Source: Fibrobacter sp. (lineage in GTDB: Bacteria; Fibrobacterota; Fibrobacteria; Fibrobacterales; Fibrobacteraceae). From it: a stretch of 64,000 nucleotides of DNA. Below are positions 9,057-20,591 of this stretch, in pieces. The number at the start of each line of letters is the position of its first letter. Position 1 is the stretch's first letter. The stretch is from the NCBI GenBank assembly GCA_045598645.1, contig JAZLMK010000082.1, forward strand, positions 18,159-82,158, written 5' to 3'. The translations under genes were made by a program, and so were the position numbers. A model generated the notes under the pieces. It had not been told where the DNA came from. It saw nothing but the letters and a program-made list of their open reading frames with translations, and made no database searches.

Positions 9057-9695
9057 TTACGAAGTCTGTCCGAACCAATATGTCATGTAGAATCGGAAGC
9101 GCAGTTCGTTAATGTCCGAAGCCACGTATTCATCGGTTTCCTTGAACATCCCCAAGAACTCGTAGCCGACACGCATGCCAAATTCAATCATATCAAACTT
9201 CCAGCCAAAGGCAGCCACAGCATCCAGCCAAAGGTCGTTTGCGTAGTCTATTTCGTCTGAATGGTAGATTTCTTCGTCGTCTAGTTCGACCTTTTCTTCG
9301 ACAAATGGGAAGCGGATACTCGGACCGACCGACACAAAAAAGTAATCCATCAAGAAATTGTTCCACAACACGGTAATTTCCCAGGCATTCAACATGACTG
9401 AATCCCTAACCGTACGATGCCGGTACTCATATTCGCTAGAAAAACCGAAAGCACCATCGACACCTATATCGGCAAGTACCGACATCTTGCTTGTTACGGG
9501 GAAAGCCATTCGGAACGCAAGACCTCCCCCAACCACCCCGTTTTCACCGTAAATGCCCGCATCCTCCCCGGTCATACAAGATGGTCCAAAGCCCAACATG
9601 ACACCCATGCTGAATTCCCGGAAAGCCCCGACACTAGCCAAAGCGGGAGTTGCAAGAGCCAAAAATAAAAGGACAATGGCTAATCTATTTCGCAT
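9057..9695 (-). CDS. Outer-membrane beta-barrel protein (OmpA/PorT-like), hypothetical
   Basis: Signal peptide, alternating amphipathic strands and a C-terminal aromatic motif (FYMTYWF). Confidence 0.6.
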   Translation of the reverse strand: MRNRLAIVLLFLALATPALASVGAFREFSMGVMLGFGPSCMTGEDAGIYGENGVVGGGLAFRMAFPVTSKMSVLADIGVDGAFGFSSEYEYRHRTVRDSVMLNAWEITVLWNNFLMDYFFVSVGPSIRFPFVEEKVELDDEEIYHSDEIDYANDLWLDAVAAFGWKFDMIEFGMRVGYEFLGMFKETDEYVASDINELRFRFYMTYWFGQTS

Positions 9696-10542
9696 AGTTC
9701 TCCACTAGGATTTCAACGGCTTTACCATTCACTCCGCCAAACAGAATAAGCGAATCGGGAAGTGGATTTACACTCAAGTACGATTTTTTTTGAGAGGGTC
9801 GATTCAAGTTCGACGCCTTCATGTCAAAATTAATGTCCAAAGGATCCACGGCAATCATCCCCGGTTCTGCCGTCCAGTAATATTCGGTATACGAAGTATC
9901 AAACAAAGTCACATTTCTCTGCAAAACAGTATTCGCATCATTTTTTTCGAGGACGGCACTCAGGTCTATAGAAACTGCGGCACGGTTATTCTTGGCATCC
10001 AAAACAGAGAAGCTGATTTTTCCGCTTTCGTCGGCATAAAAGGTGTCTTTAATGACGATGGTCGTGTCATGCTCAACCCACTCGTCTCCAACAAAATAAC
10101 CCGTCAGCGTAACTGCGTTGACAGGGGCCTTAGACATGTTCAGGTTCATTACGGACGGCACATAGGCATCTCCCTTCATGTAAGGAATATCATTCTGAAA
10201 ATACGATATCAGGGATTTCGCTTCTCCTGTATTTTCGTTCTTGACTTGCAATGTAAGGAGCGAAGCTTCTTTAAACCCATAGTAAGTATCATAATAGTCA
10301 CATCCCGTATTAGGGCTACAGCCACTCATACGGGAGTCCTCTAATAAAAAATCGCCAAGTATGATTCCGCAATTTTTAGACTTGGAATCAATACGGCAAC
10401 GCAATGCAAAGTGAAGAGAGGAAAAGTCCGTAAGGAACACCTCGTTCAACTTTTCATCAAATACGACGATGTGGGAGTCACCACCGTAATCACAGGCACC
10501 CAGGAAAAACAAAGCCATAAACAGCATTATCAAAATCTTCAT
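9685..10542 (-). CDS. Hypothetical lipoprotein
   Basis: Lipobox FLGAC; overlaps the start of the downstream gene. Confidence 0.7.
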   Translation of the reverse strand: MKILIMLFMALFFLGACDYGGDSHIVVFDEKLNEVFLTDFSSLHFALRCRIDSKSKNCGIILGDFLLEDSRMSGCSPNTGCDYYDTYYGFKEASLLTLQVKNENTGEAKSLISYFQNDIPYMKGDAYVPSVMNLNMSKAPVNAVTLTGYFVGDEWVEHDTTIVIKDTFYADESGKISFSVLDAKNNRAAVSIDLSAVLEKNDANTVLQRNVTLFDTSYTEYYWTAEPGMIAVDPLDINFDMKASNLNRPSQKKSYLSVNPLPDSLILFGGVNGKAVEILVENYAK

Positions 10543-10664
10543 AAAAAGGAATATAACTATATTTCAAAAAAAAATCGCCCCCCCAAAAAAATAACACGAT
10601 AATGCCGAACGATCTGTAAAAAAAAGGCCTCCGCGGAGCGGGAGCCCAAATTGAACTATACGAC

Positions 10665-10692
10665 AAAATGCCCCGCCGAAGCAGGGCATTTT
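10665..10692 (-). terminator. Terminator after rpsI
   Basis: AAAATGCCC...GGGCATTTT inverted repeat. Confidence 0.75.
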
Positions 10693-10714
10693 GCATAAAC
10701 TGCTGTTTTGCAGA

Positions 10715-11119
10715 TTAGCGCTTGGAGAACTGGAAGTGCTTACGAGCCTTCTTGCGGCCGAACTTCTTACGTTCAACAGCACGAGAGTCGCGAGTCATCA
10801 AGCCTTCCTTCTTAAGGGCCGGCTTGACTTCGGCGTCGTTAGCAACCAGTGCGCGGGAAATGCCAAGACGGACAGCGCCCATCTGGCCGGCGATGCCACC
10901 GCCACGAGCGGTAACTTCGACGTCCCATTCTTCCGCGTTGCCGAGGATGGCGAACGGGAGGTTAGCAATCATGTTCTGCACTTCAGAGTGGAAGTAATCC
11001 TTGAAATCACGACCATTGATAGTGCGCTTGCCGGAACCCGGCTTCAGGATCACAGCGGCGATAGCGTTCTTACGGCGGCCAGTGCCACGGTAGATCTTCT
11101 TATTCTTTGCGGTAGCGAT
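10715..11119 (-). CDS. rpsI: 30S ribosomal protein S9, apparently starting at an ATC codon
   Basis: GTGRRKNAIA, GGGIAGQ and ERKKFGRKKARKHFQFSKR motifs. The conserved N-terminus extends upstream of the ORF-track start to ATC at 11119, behind a GGAGG SD. Confidence 0.95.
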   Translation of the reverse strand: MATAKNKKIYRGTGRRKNAIAAVILKPGSGKRTINGRDFKDYFHSEVQNMIANLPFAILGNAEEWDVEVTARGGGIAGQMGAVRLGISRALVANDAEVKPALKKEGLMTRDSRAVERKKFGRKKARKHFQFSKR

Positions 11120-11140
11120 AGATTTATCCTCCGTTCTAAA

Positions 11141-11569
11141 TTACAAGTCTACGACTTCGGGATTCTGTGCTGCGAACGGATGTTCCGCACCAGCAAAGAT
11201 TTTGAGTTTCTTAACCATCTTGTGGCCAAGAGCGCTGTGAGGGAGCATACCCCAGATAGCAGCGGTCAACGGGGCGGTCGGGTCCTTTGCCATGAGATCG
11301 GCAAAGTTGATCCAGCGTTCGCCGGCAATGTGACCGGTGTGGTGGAAGTATTCCTTCTTCAAGTTCTTGTTGCCAGAAACAGCAACCTTGCCAGCATTGA
11401 TAACAACGACGAAGTCGCCGGTGTCAACGTTGGGGGAGAAGATGGCCTTATGCTTACCCATGAGGAGGCGAGCAACTTCACTTGCAACGCGACCCATCGG
11501 CTTATCGGCTGCGTCCACAAGCTTCCACTTGCGGGAGACAGTCTTCGGGTTTACCGTAATGGTCTTCAT
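11141..11569 (-). CDS. rplM: 50S ribosomal protein L13
   Basis: W.LVDA..GRVAS..LMGKHK..PNVDTGDFVVVINA and HPFAAQ.P motifs. Confidence 0.97.
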   Translation of the reverse strand: MKTITVNPKTVSRKWKLVDAADKPMGRVASEVARLLMGKHKAIFSPNVDTGDFVVVINAGKVAVSGNKNLKKEYFHHTGHIAGERWINFADLMAKDPTAPLTAAIWGMLPHSALGHKMVKKLKIFAGAEHPFAAQNPEVVDL

Positions 11570-11779
11570 GTAAATCCTCTAGTAGTTTATTCCGGAACAA
11601 CCTTTGTCCCGTGAAATCGGCACTAAATATAGATGGATTTTCGAGGGCTTGCAAGGGTACGAAAAGTCATTTTTGTTAAAAAAGTCCGTACTTTAGGGCT
11701 TTTTTATTCTATCAATTGATATAATTGATTTAATTATATTATTAAAAAGCAATTTTTCAAGTAAACCAACCGGGGAGGA

Positions 11780-12841
11780 CTATTTCCCTTTCAGGCGATT
11801 CTTGCGCATGAACGCAAGCGCCTTTGAGCGACGGCGCGCAGTTTCCTGTAAATCCACAGCCACATCGAACTCGTCGACAATTTCACGTCCGAGAATTTCC
11901 TCCAGGACATCTTCGAGGCTCACGATGCCAGCAATGGCCCCGAACTCATCCACCACGCCCACCATGTGACCGCGCTGTTTTAAAAACCGCATCAGCAACT
12001 TATCCAGCGTGACGCTGTCGGGAATCAACTGAAGCGGGCGCATCAACTGGCGCAACTTTACATCGCGCTTGCCTTCGGCCAGGTTATTGTAGGCATCTTG
12101 ACGAAGAACAATGCCAATCCAGTTATCCCTATTTTCACCATAGAGAGGAATTCGAGAAAAGGGCCAGTTGCCATGCTCATCCAGAGTTTCACCGATGGTG
12201 CTGTCGGCAGGAAGGCAGAATGCAACCTGGCGTGGCGTCATCACCTTGCGCGCAGTCACCTTCTTAAGTGCAAGGATGTTCTTGATGACGGATGCCTGCT
12301 GGCGGTCAATGACATCTTCGCGAAGCCCGAGGCTCACGAGGCTGTTGATATCATCGACGCTTACGTCCTTTTTCTCTTCGTCCTCGCGAGTCCAATGCTT
12401 AGTAAGAGTGAGGCAAAGCCAGATTAGCCCAGTCCACGAAAGAACGATGGTAATATAATAAAACGGTACGGCCACGAGCGGGGCAACCGTTTTCGCCTGC
12501 TTGACGCCCAGTGTTTTCGGGGTGATTTCGCCAAACAGCAAAATGAGAACCGTAAGGATAATCGGGAGTGCCACCGCCGCCGAGGGCGCAAGTCGCTTAA
12601 CCGCGAGGGCCGTCGCCAAGGAGGCGCCCACCGTATTCGCAACCGTATTCACCACGAGCACCGAGGCTATGTAGCGGTCAATGTTTTCCTTGACATGCGT
12701 CAGGTACTTCGCCGTAAATTTTTTGTTTTTCTGTAAAAATTCAACGGTAGCAGGAGGCACGCTGTAAAAGGAGGCTTCCGTCACAGAACAGAAAGCAGAA
12801 ATCGCAAGGCAGCCCAAGACCGTAATGACAATTTCAAGCAT
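11780..12841 (-). CDS. CNNM (DUF21) + CBS-pair hemolysin-family protein
   Basis: SAFCSVTEAS, FGEITPK, VMTPR, FSRIPLY and VDEFG...SLEDVLEEILG.EIVDE motifs. Confidence 0.9.
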   Translation of the reverse strand: MLEIVITVLGCLAISAFCSVTEASFYSVPPATVEFLQKNKKFTAKYLTHVKENIDRYIASVLVVNTVANTVGASLATALAVKRLAPSAAVALPIILTVLILLFGEITPKTLGVKQAKTVAPLVAVPFYYITIVLSWTGLIWLCLTLTKHWTREDEEKKDVSVDDINSLVSLGLREDVIDRQQASVIKNILALKKVTARKVMTPRQVAFCLPADSTIGETLDEHGNWPFSRIPLYGENRDNWIGIVLRQDAYNNLAEGKRDVKLRQLMRPLQLIPDSVTLDKLLMRFLKQRGHMVGVVDEFGAIAGIVSLEDVLEEILGREIVDEFDVAVDLQETARRRSKALAFMRKNRLKGK

Positions 12842-12844
12842 GTT

Positions 12845-15139
12845 CTACTCCATCCCTATCAACGAAGGCTCCAAGGCCCAGAATTTAGTTTGTTCAAAAT
12901 CAACCACGTAATTCATCAGAGCCTTGGGAGAGGGCACCAGGAAATCATCGTCCGTATTCAACTGCACCAGTTCGACCTCGGACGATTCACCAATTTCAGC
13001 CATCTTCCTGACAAGCGCAATGGCATCGTCCAATCCGCCAAGGGCATGTACAAGGCCAGCCTCAAACGCCTTGTAGCCAATGAACACGCGGCCACCGCCG
13101 TATGCCGTGTCCACCGTGGCCTGCGGAATCTTTGTCGCCTGCGAGACAATTCCTGTAAAGCGGTTGTAGAAATCGTCCATGTAGTTCTGCAAGGCAGCCT
13201 TTTCTTCGTCGGTCCAAGGCCTTGCAAAAGTTTCCGCGTCGGAGTGGTCATGAGTCTTTACGAATTCAGTCTTGAGCCCAACTTTCTGCATGAGCCCGCT
13301 CAAGTCCACCTTGCCGCCGTAAATTCCAATACTTCCCACTAGGGAGTAGTTTTCTGCCAAAATCATATCGGCACCGCAAGCGATGTAATACGCTCCCGAA
13401 GCCCCCATACTACCAATGCTCGCTACCACGGGAATTCCATCTTCGCTCACCTCCCGCAAAGCATGCCAAATCTTGTCGGACGCAAGGGCGCTTCCACCAG
13501 GCGAGGAAATCCTCACAATCAGCCCACGGGCGTCACTCCCAGGTAATTTGCGCAAGGCCTCGGATACAGAACGTTCCGTACGGGAATCGATGGTTCCATC
13601 GATATTCAGCAAAGCGACCTGGGCACGATGAGCCCAACTTTCGTCAAATATACGACGATCGGTAGGATACCACGTTCTAAACTTGGCGCGGGGCGCATCC
13701 AAATCAAAGAACGTCTTGAGGGCATAAGACGGCACCTGATCCAAGTAGAGCATGGTATCAACAAGGCCAGCATCCTTGGCATACCTGGCCGTCACAAGAG
13801 GGACGTTCGCCAAGGAATCCAACTGCGCAACTCGCTGTTCGGCAGAAGAGGCCTTGCCATGGCGATTCAAGGCGACGAACGAACTCAGCACCTTCCACAA
13901 ATCCGTGTAAACCGTCTGCATGTTTTCGCGGGCCTCCACCGACATGGAATCGGCAATGTAAGGTTCCACGGCCGACTTGTAGGCCCCATGACGCAGGAAT
14001 TCCACCTTCACGCCCAACTTGTCGAACAAGCCTTTATAGTAAGTGATGCCGCCGCCAAGGCCTCGCCAAGTAAAATGTGCCGAAGGTTCCACCACAATAC
14101 GGTCAGCCGCAGAGGCTGCCACCAAGACCGCCGGGCGAACATCATCCAAATAAGCGACGACCTTGCCGCCACGGGCCTTGTGCCGCATAATAAGACGACT
14201 GATTTCGCCAGACACGCCCATGTTCCCCTTGTATCCGGAAAAATCCAGAATCAACAATCCGCAGGACGGGTCTCGCAGCAAATGTTCGAACAAATTACGA
14301 ACCTTGAGGATGCCAATGGAATTCTTGCGGAAAAAGACAAATTCATCTTCAACCTCGGAAACCTGCATATTCAAAGGCACGCGAACAATCTGCGCTGCAA
14401 GCGTGGCACGAGGATTGCGCGACCGATGGAAACCAATGGCTCCGCGCTTGGGAACGTAATCGTCAAAAATGGTGAGCGAAGCATCGGTATGGCCGCCAAT
14501 GGACGTAGAAAGAGTCAACGTATATTCGTCATCGTCGCCATACACAGGCATCTTGAAGCCAAGACGCGTACCGTACAAATCCAATTCGAACAGCAGCCGA
14601 TGCTCTTCCCAGTCTTCCACATCGTAACTGACCCCAAAAAAGCGACCGACTCTAAATGTCACACCGGCGTTATGTAGTCGGTGCATGGATTCGGGCCCCG
14701 CATACAAGAGATTATCGCAAGAATAGCCGAGCGAAAGGAAATTGAACGGACGCACCAAAACGCCCGGAGCGTAACTCCACTCCGTACCACCGAATTCCGC
14801 ACTGCGAAATGCAGTAACCCTGCTTCCCAGGAACATGAACCTGCCAAAAATATCCGTAGAATGGGTTAAGCGCCAACGCGACTCGTCAAAGCCCTCGCCA
14901 TCTTGACGATAATCAAAAGATGCACCCCAACGCCCAAGGTTGCCGCCTGCACGGACCACCGAAATACCGTCGTCGTACTGATAATCCGCCAAAGCCCCCC
15001 ACGAATCAAAAGCGGTAAGGCCCGCCGGGTTTCCGAACAAGCCGTGGTCCCCTTCCAGCGAAACAAAACGGGATTCGCCAGGGAGGTAGGCAAAAGCGAG
15101 CACCGCCCCCAAAAAGACTAAAGTCAAAAATTTTTTCAT
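12845..15139 (-). CDS. sppA: Signal peptide peptidase SppA (S49) with a long N-terminal beta-strand-rich extension
   Basis: [35 protein letters not shown] and GGRVF.G motifs. Start MKKFLTL at 15139 is a signal peptide. Confidence 0.85.
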   Translation of the reverse strand: MKKFLTLVFLGAVLAFAYLPGESRFVSLEGDHGLFGNPAGLTAFDSWGALADYQYDDGISVVRAGGNLGRWGASFDYRQDGEGFDESRWRLTHSTDIFGRFMFLGSRVTAFRSAEFGGTEWSYAPGVLVRPFNFLSLGYSCDNLLYAGPESMHRLHNAGVTFRVGRFFGVSYDVEDWEEHRLLFELDLYGTRLGFKMPVYGDDDEYTLTLSTSIGGHTDASLTIFDDYVPKRGAIGFHRSRNPRATLAAQIVRVPLNMQVSEVEDEFVFFRKNSIGILKVRNLFEHLLRDPSCGLLILDFSGYKGNMGVSGEISRLIMRHKARGGKVVAYLDDVRPAVLVAASAADRIVVEPSAHFTWRGLGGGITYYKGLFDKLGVKVEFLRHGAYKSAVEPYIADSMSVEARENMQTVYTDLWKVLSSFVALNRHGKASSAEQRVAQLDSLANVPLVTARYAKDAGLVDTMLYLDQVPSYALKTFFDLDAPRAKFRTWYPTDRRIFDESWAHRAQVALLNIDGTIDSRTERSVSEALRKLPGSDARGLIVRISSPGGSALASDKIWHALREVSEDGIPVVASIGSMGASGAYYIACGADMILAENYSLVGSIGIYGGKVDLSGLMQKVGLKTEFVKTHDHSDAETFARPWTDEEKAALQNYMDDFYNRFTGIVSQATKIPQATVDTAYGGGRVFIGYKAFEAGLVHALGGLDDAIALVRKMAEIGESSEVELVQLNTDDDFLVPSPKALMNYVVDFEQTKFWALEPSLIGME

Positions 15140-15305
15140 CTGGTCAAAACATGCAAAAACGTTATTTTCCAACAATATACATCTTTTTCGCAGCCTATAC
15201 AAAATACGCTTTTCACCACATCCCCCCCTTTTGTTATCTTTTACTTGAAGATGTCCCCTAAATTCATAGGGGGTTTTAGGAGTAATATTTTCAAACGGTA
15301 ATGCT

Positions 15306-17408
15306 ATGGCCTCTTCCAAGAGAAAAGAAGAAACTGATTTTTTTGATTTCCTAAAAGATCTTGCCAAGAATTGGCATATCATGCTTCCATGCATAATTGT
15401 CGCGAGTATTGTCGGAGTCTTTATTGCACAATGGATTCGCCCAGTATACCAAGTTGACGCACTGCTTCAAATAGAAACCAAAAGCAACAAAAGCGTGGGA
15501 ATGATGGGGGGGCTAGGAAACCTTTTTGCCTCCTCAAGTCCGGCCGAAACCGAAATTGAGTTAATCAAAAGCAGGCAAATCATCGGTGATGCCGTCGAAA
15601 AAATGCATTTGCAATATTCCGCAACACCGACAAACTTCACGGACAGGCTTCTACACAAGGAAGGGCGCGTCAATGTCGACCTGTTCGAAATCCCGTGGGA
15701 AAAAATTCCCGAAGAAGAACTTGAAAAAAATCCTTGGACAATTGAGATCATCGACAGCTTGAGTTTCAACTTGTTCGACCATAATAAGAAGATGGTGCTC
15801 TCCGGCTGCACGACAAGTCAAACATACAGATTCCCCTATGGCGGCGATTCAGCCGCTTTGGCCATACACAGTATGAAGGTTAGGCCTGGTCAGAAGTTCA
15901 TCCTCGAGAAAAAAGAACGTTTGGAAGCCATCTCATCTTTCAAGAAATCCTTTGCCGTGAAGGAAAAAGGAAAAAAGACCGGCGTTCTCGAATTCACGTA
16001 CCAGGACATCTACCCAGACCGCGCCACAAAAATACTGAACGAAATTGCGACCAAGTACCTGCGCCAAAACGTCGAGGAACGAAACGCAGAAGCACAGAAG
16101 ACTCTGGAGTTCCTAGAAAAACAACTCCCGGACGTCAAAGCGCAAATGGACAGTTCCCTCCTCAAATACAATGCCTACCGCAACAGAATCGGATCTGTCG
16201 ACATTAATGCAGAAACGCAAATCATTCTGGAAAGAAGGACAAAACTCCAGCAAGAACTTCTTAGTCTTCAGCAAAAGAAGCAAAGTGCAATCCGTTTATT
16301 CCAGCCAGAACACCCGACAATCAAGACTCTTGAAGACCAGGAGGCAACCCTAAGACGAGAACTTGAGCGGAATTCAAACGAAACAAAGAAACTTCCATCA
16401 ACGCAACAGGAAGTCCTGAAACTCACGAACGAAGTGGACATGAGCAAGATTCTGTACACATCCATGCTCAACAATATCCAGCAGTTAAAACTTGTTTCGG
16501 CTGGCGAAGTCGGTTCCGTCCGCATCATCGATTTCGCCGAAGAAGTTACAAAACCGGCAAAACCCAAAAAGAGAATCATCCTCTGCCTAGCGCTATTCAT
16601 TGGATTTCTCCTTGGAGCTGCAATTATTTCCATCAAGAGCAAGTTCAGCAACGGAGTCAAGGATGCACACTTCATCGAACGCGAAACCGGCTTCAGCGTG
16701 TATGCAAAAGTCCCGAAGGGAAACCCGAAGGGCACCAAGGGTACCCGTCCTCTTGCCGTGGTCGAACCCGACGACGTTGCCGTGGAATCGCTCCGCGCCC
16801 TCCGCAGTTCCCTGGAATTCAGCATGGACGAAGGCTGCCGACCGATTATTGGCGTAAGCGGCCTTATCCCTGGCGTCGGAAAGAGTTTCATTTCCGTAAA
16901 CCTCGCGGCCCTCTGCGCAGGGCTCGGCAAGAAAGTCTTGCTTATTGATGCAGACCTCCGTAAAGGCCGTTTACACAAGGAATTCGGCATCAAACGTGGC
17001 GACGGCCTTTCTCAATATCTGCTCCGCAAAGTTGGCCTGGACGAAATCATCCACACAACCGAAGTGGAAAACCTGTTCGTCATGCCCTGTGGCAACGTAC
17101 CGAGCAACCCCTCCGAAATTCTCGGTTCCAAGCACTACTCCGACATGATTGACGAACTTGAAAAGAAGTTTGATCTTATCATTGTCGATACGCCGCCTAT
17201 CATGCTCGTAACCGACGCAGCCCTAGCCTGTCGCCAGGCCTCCCAGATCGTGATGGTCATCGAGTACAACAAGCACAGCATCGAAGCCATCCAGGACGGC
17301 ATGAAACAGTTGCTCAAGGGCAACACGACCGCCCACGCAAGTTTCGTCATCAACAAGTACGAGCACGGACACAGCGATGGTTACGGGTACAAGTACGGGA
17401 AGTACTAG
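15306..17408 (+). CDS. wzc: Polysaccharide co-polymerase / BY-kinase
   Basis: Two TM segments, PGVGKS Walker A, LIDADLR, IVDTPP and a C-terminal Tyr cluster GYGYKYGKY. Confidence 0.93.
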   Translation: MASSKRKEETDFFDFLKDLAKNWHIMLPCIIVASIVGVFIAQWIRPVYQVDALLQIETKSNKSVGMMGGLGNLFASSSPAETEIELIKSRQIIGDAVEKMHLQYSATPTNFTDRLLHKEGRVNVDLFEIPWEKIPEEELEKNPWTIEIIDSLSFNLFDHNKKMVLSGCTTSQTYRFPYGGDSAALAIHSMKVRPGQKFILEKKERLEAISSFKKSFAVKEKGKKTGVLEFTYQDIYPDRATKILNEIATKYLRQNVEERNAEAQKTLEFLEKQLPDVKAQMDSSLLKYNAYRNRIGSVDINAETQIILERRTKLQQELLSLQQKKQSAIRLFQPEHPTIKTLEDQEATLRRELERNSNETKKLPSTQQEVLKLTNEVDMSKILYTSMLNNIQQLKLVSAGEVGSVRIIDFAEEVTKPAKPKKRIILCLALFIGFLLGAAIISIKSKFSNGVKDAHFIERETGFSVYAKVPKGNPKGTKGTRPLAVVEPDDVAVESLRALRSSLEFSMDEGCRPIIGVSGLIPGVGKSFISVNLAALCAGLGKKVLLIDADLRKGRLHKEFGIKRGDGLSQYLLRKVGLDEIIHTTEVENLFVMPCGNVPSNPSEILGSKHYSDMIDELEKKFDLIIVDTPPIMLVTDAALACRQASQIVMVIEYNKHSIEAIQDGMKQLLKGNTTAHASFVINKYEHGHSDGYGYKYGKY

Positions 17409-17474
17409 TAGTTTACGCGAACAACGATAGCAGTTTTTACACTTCATTCAAAAGGTATTTTTTTACACAAAATC

Positions 17475-17873
17475 ATGAAAAAAGTTATTACATACGGCAC
17501 CTTCGACCTGTTGCACTACGGTCATATCAACCTTCTCAAACGAGCCAAGGCTTTGGGAGACTACCTTATTGTAGCGCTTTCTACAGACGAATTCAACTGG
17601 AACCAGAAACAAAAAAAATGCTATTTCAGCTATGAAAAGCGCAAGCAGCTTTTAGAGGCCGTACGCTACGTAGACTTGGTCATTCCCGAAGAGACATGGG
17701 ACCAAAAAAAGAACGATGTCAAAGAATACCACGTGGACACCTTTGTAATGGGCGATGACTGGAAAGGCAAATTCGATTTTCTAAAAGAAGACTGCGAAGT
17801 CGTTTATTTGCCGCGCACTCCCGAAATCAGCACCACCCAAATTAAGAAAGATTTGGAAAAACAAAAAAAGTAA
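17475..17873 (+). CDS. tagD: Glycerol-3-phosphate cytidylyltransferase
   Basis: [24 protein letters not shown] and RTPEISTT motifs. Confidence 0.92.
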   Translation: MKKVITYGTFDLLHYGHINLLKRAKALGDYLIVALSTDEFNWNQKQKKCYFSYEKRKQLLEAVRYVDLVIPEETWDQKKNDVKEYHVDTFVMGDDWKGKFDFLKEDCEVVYLPRTPEISTTQIKKDLEKQKK

Positions 17874-19126
17874 TGGATAAGTTGTCCTTTTGGGCCCTCT
17901 TTTTCTTACTTCTCTTTTGCTCCTCCTGTAGCGTTTGGAGCGACAGCGCCCCTACGGATGGCGATTCCGCTTATTTACCTATAGATGATTCCCGTTACCC
18001 GTACGCAGGCCTGCCTCGCGTGGTTATAGAAACCGAGAATTTTAGACAAATTAATAACAAGGAAACGAAGATTCCCGCCCGTTTACAATTTTACGGGGAC
18101 AAGGAACCTTCCAGCCCTATTTTTTACCTCACGATAAAAGGCCGGGGCAACTCCAGCTTTATAATGGCAAAGCGAGGTTACAAAATCAAGTTTGACGAAA
18201 AAATTTCGCTTCTCGGAATGCCAAAAGACAAGGAATGGGATTTAATATCCAACTTCCGAGACAAATCCATGTTGCAAAACTACATCACCTACCAACTCGC
18301 AGGCATTCTCGGAGATGATTACAACCCCAAATGTAAATTCGTAGAACTTTACTTGAACCGGGATTACCGCGGAGTATATCTCTTAGTAGAACACATCAAA
18401 ATTTCCAAGAACCGAGTCAACATTCCAAAGACAGACTCCAGTTTTCTATTTGAAAAGACCTCCGAAACATCTACAGACGGGATCATGTTCACGTCTAGCC
18501 TAGGTTACATTTTTAAGTTCTGCCAGCCAAAGGAACCTAGTGGAAAGTCCCAACAACTGCTCAAGAACCATGTCGATGATTTTGAAGAATTTCTACAATC
18601 CAAAGACATCTACAAGCTTGACAACATTGCCAAGTGGATTGATCTAGAAGAATTTATAAGATTCTACTGGATACAGGAATTCACGAAGAACCTCGACGGG
18701 TACAGGCGAAGCATCTTCATAACATGGGAGAAGAACGAAGAGAATAACGCCCCCATAAAAATGGGCCCCGTATGGGATTTTGACCTAGGGTACGGAAACT
18801 CGGGAAGCGAAAAAAACATTCCCGAGGAGTGGCTCATTCGCAAATACGGGTGGGACCGATTCCTATTCAAAAACAAGGATTACAAAAAACATGTAAAAGA
18901 GTATTGGGAAAAAAATCGTTCTGCCTTTGTCGCAACCCTAGATTCCATTGACGTCATGTCTCAAATGCTCTCAAATGTTTCAAAGAACGAATTCAATAGG
19001 TGGCCCGTTCTCCAAAATGACTTCGATTGGCCGTTCCATGAAAGCTACAAAAATTACCAGGAAGTCATAGATTCCCTAAAAAATTGGATAGCGGCGAGAA
19101 TTCACTGGATTGACAACAATCTATAA
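17873..19126 (+). CDS. CotH-family kinase lipoprotein
   Basis: IKGRGNSS, FVELYLN..Y.GVYLLVE and GPVWDFDLGYGN motifs; TAATG overlap with tagD. Confidence 0.85.
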   Translation: MDKLSFWALFFLLLFCSSCSVWSDSAPTDGDSAYLPIDDSRYPYAGLPRVVIETENFRQINNKETKIPARLQFYGDKEPSSPIFYLTIKGRGNSSFIMAKRGYKIKFDEKISLLGMPKDKEWDLISNFRDKSMLQNYITYQLAGILGDDYNPKCKFVELYLNRDYRGVYLLVEHIKISKNRVNIPKTDSSFLFEKTSETSTDGIMFTSSLGYIFKFCQPKEPSGKSQQLLKNHVDDFEEFLQSKDIYKLDNIAKWIDLEEFIRFYWIQEFTKNLDGYRRSIFITWEKNEENNAPIKMGPVWDFDLGYGNSGSEKNIPEEWLIRKYGWDRFLFKNKDYKKHVKEYWEKNRSAFVATLDSIDVMSQMLSNVSKNEFNRWPVLQNDFDWPFHESYKNYQEVIDSLKNWIAARIHWIDNNL

Positions 19127-19145
19127 TTCTATATTTGTGCCGAAA

Positions 19146-20591
19146 ATGTCGCTAAAGCAAAAAACATTCAAGGGGGTCATTTGGAGCGCCGTTGAAAGGT
19201 TCTCCACACAGGGAGTGCAGTTCCTATTCGGCATTCTCCTTGCTCGACTGTTAACGCCTAATGATTACGGCATGATTGCCATGCTCGCCATATTTATGGC
19301 GGTGAGCCAGACGTTCATCGACAGCGGATTTGGAAACGCGCTTATACGCAAACCCGACCGTAACGAAAGCGACAAAGCCACAGTATTTTTCTTCAATATT
19401 TTTATGGCAGCCGCCTGCTACGGCATCTTGTTCTTCGCGGCCCCCTTTGTCGCGCGATTCTACAACATGCCAGAGCTCTCGGACATTCTCCGCGTTCTTG
19501 GACTAAATCTAATCATCCAGTCTTTCGGTTCCATCCAGCGACTAAATCTCACCATAGACTTGAACTTCAAAGTTCTCGCCAAGATTTCCTTTTCTGGCGC
19601 CGTTGTTGGCGGGACGGCGGGTCTTATATGTGCCTACAAGGGTTTTGGTGTATGGTCTCTCGTAGTCCAGCAAATGACAACCATATCCTTTAGAGTCATC
19701 CTTTTTTGGACTTTGGTGCATTGGAGACCCAAGACATTCTTCTGCAAGAAGTCTTTCAAGAATATGTTTGGCTTTGGTTCCAAACTCTTGGCGTCAGGCC
19801 TGTTGAACACGCTATACGACAACATCTACGACTTAATTATCGGCAAAGTCTTTGCTGCCGCCACCCTCGGAAACTACACGCGCGCCTCCCACTTCGCGAA
19901 CTTTCCGTCTTCCAACGTCACGGGTATTTTCCAAAGAGTCACCTTCCCTGTTTTAAGCAAGATTCAGAACGACCACGAAAAACTGCGACGAGGGTATTTG
20001 AAATTCCTCAACATGTCCACTTTAATCATTTTTCCATTGATGATCGGGCTCGCATCCGTAGCGAAGCCGTTCATCCTTTTGGTTCTTACAGACAAGTGGA
20101 TAGAAGTGGTATTGCTTTTGCAGATTATCTGCTTCGCACAAATGTGGTACCCCGTACACTCTATTAACTTAAATATACTACAGGTGATGGGTCGTTCCGA
20201 CCTGTTCCTAAAACTGGAAATCATCAAGAAAATTGTCGGCATCACGATCCTATGCATTACACTCCCCCACGGAATCATTGCCATGTGTTTTGGCCAGTGG
20301 GCAAGTGCCGCCATCAGTCTAGTGATAAACACGTACTATTCTGGAAAATTGCTGGACGCAGGACTAAGCAAACAACTGAGGTTCTACATTCCAACTCTAC
20401 TAAATTCACTTGTGATGGGCGGCATCTGTTTAGTCGTCACCAAGATTCTCCCCGAAAAAGAATACGCCCTACAACTCACGCTCGGAATTTTAGCGGGAAT
20501 CACCTACTACGCCTTGAGCAACTGGATTTTCAATAGGTCCGTTATTTATGAAATTATCAATCTTGTCAAGAAGAGAAGAAATGACCGCTGA
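19146..20591 (+). CDS. wzx: Wzx/WzxC-type polysaccharide flippase
   Basis: SLKQKTFKGVIWS..LARLLTP.DYG..D.GF..ALI; multiple TM segments. Confidence 0.9.
   Translation: MSLKQKTFKGVIWSAVERFSTQGVQFLFGILLARLLTPNDYGMIAMLAIFMAVSQTFIDSGFGNALIRKPDRNESDKATVFFFNIFMAAACYGILFFAAPFVARFYNMPELSDILRVLGLNLIIQSFGSIQRLNLTIDLNFKVLAKISFSGAVVGGTAGLICAYKGFGVWSLVVQQMTTISFRVILFWTLVHWRPKTFFCKKSFKNMFGFGSKLLASGLLNTLYDNIYDLIIGKVFAAATLGNYTRASHFANFPSSNVTGIFQRVTFPVLSKIQNDHEKLRRGYLKFLNMSTLIIFPLMIGLASVAKPFILLVLTDKWIEVVLLLQIICFAQMWYPVHSINLNILQVMGRSDLFLKLEIIKKIVGITILCITLPHGIIAMCFGQWASAAISLVINTYYSGKLLDAGLSKQLRFYIPTLLNSLVMGGICLVVTKILPEKEYALQLTLGILAGITYYALSNWIFNRSVIYEIINLVKKRRNDR

Noticed and set aside
10715-11569. L13-S9 read-through fusion (the two genes are in the same frame)
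   Set aside because: They are separated by TAA, and a well-spaced GGAGG SD precedes the S9 start; independent initiation is simpler.
11710-11721. Perfect palindrome TATCAATTGATA upstream of rplM
   Set aside because: I saw only one occurrence, in very AT-rich DNA where such palindromes arise by chance.
15255-15272. CCCCTA-N6-TAGGGG inverted repeat in the wzc leader as an operator or ops-like element
   Set aside because: Short, single copy, no match to the ops consensus, and no antiterminator gene nearby.
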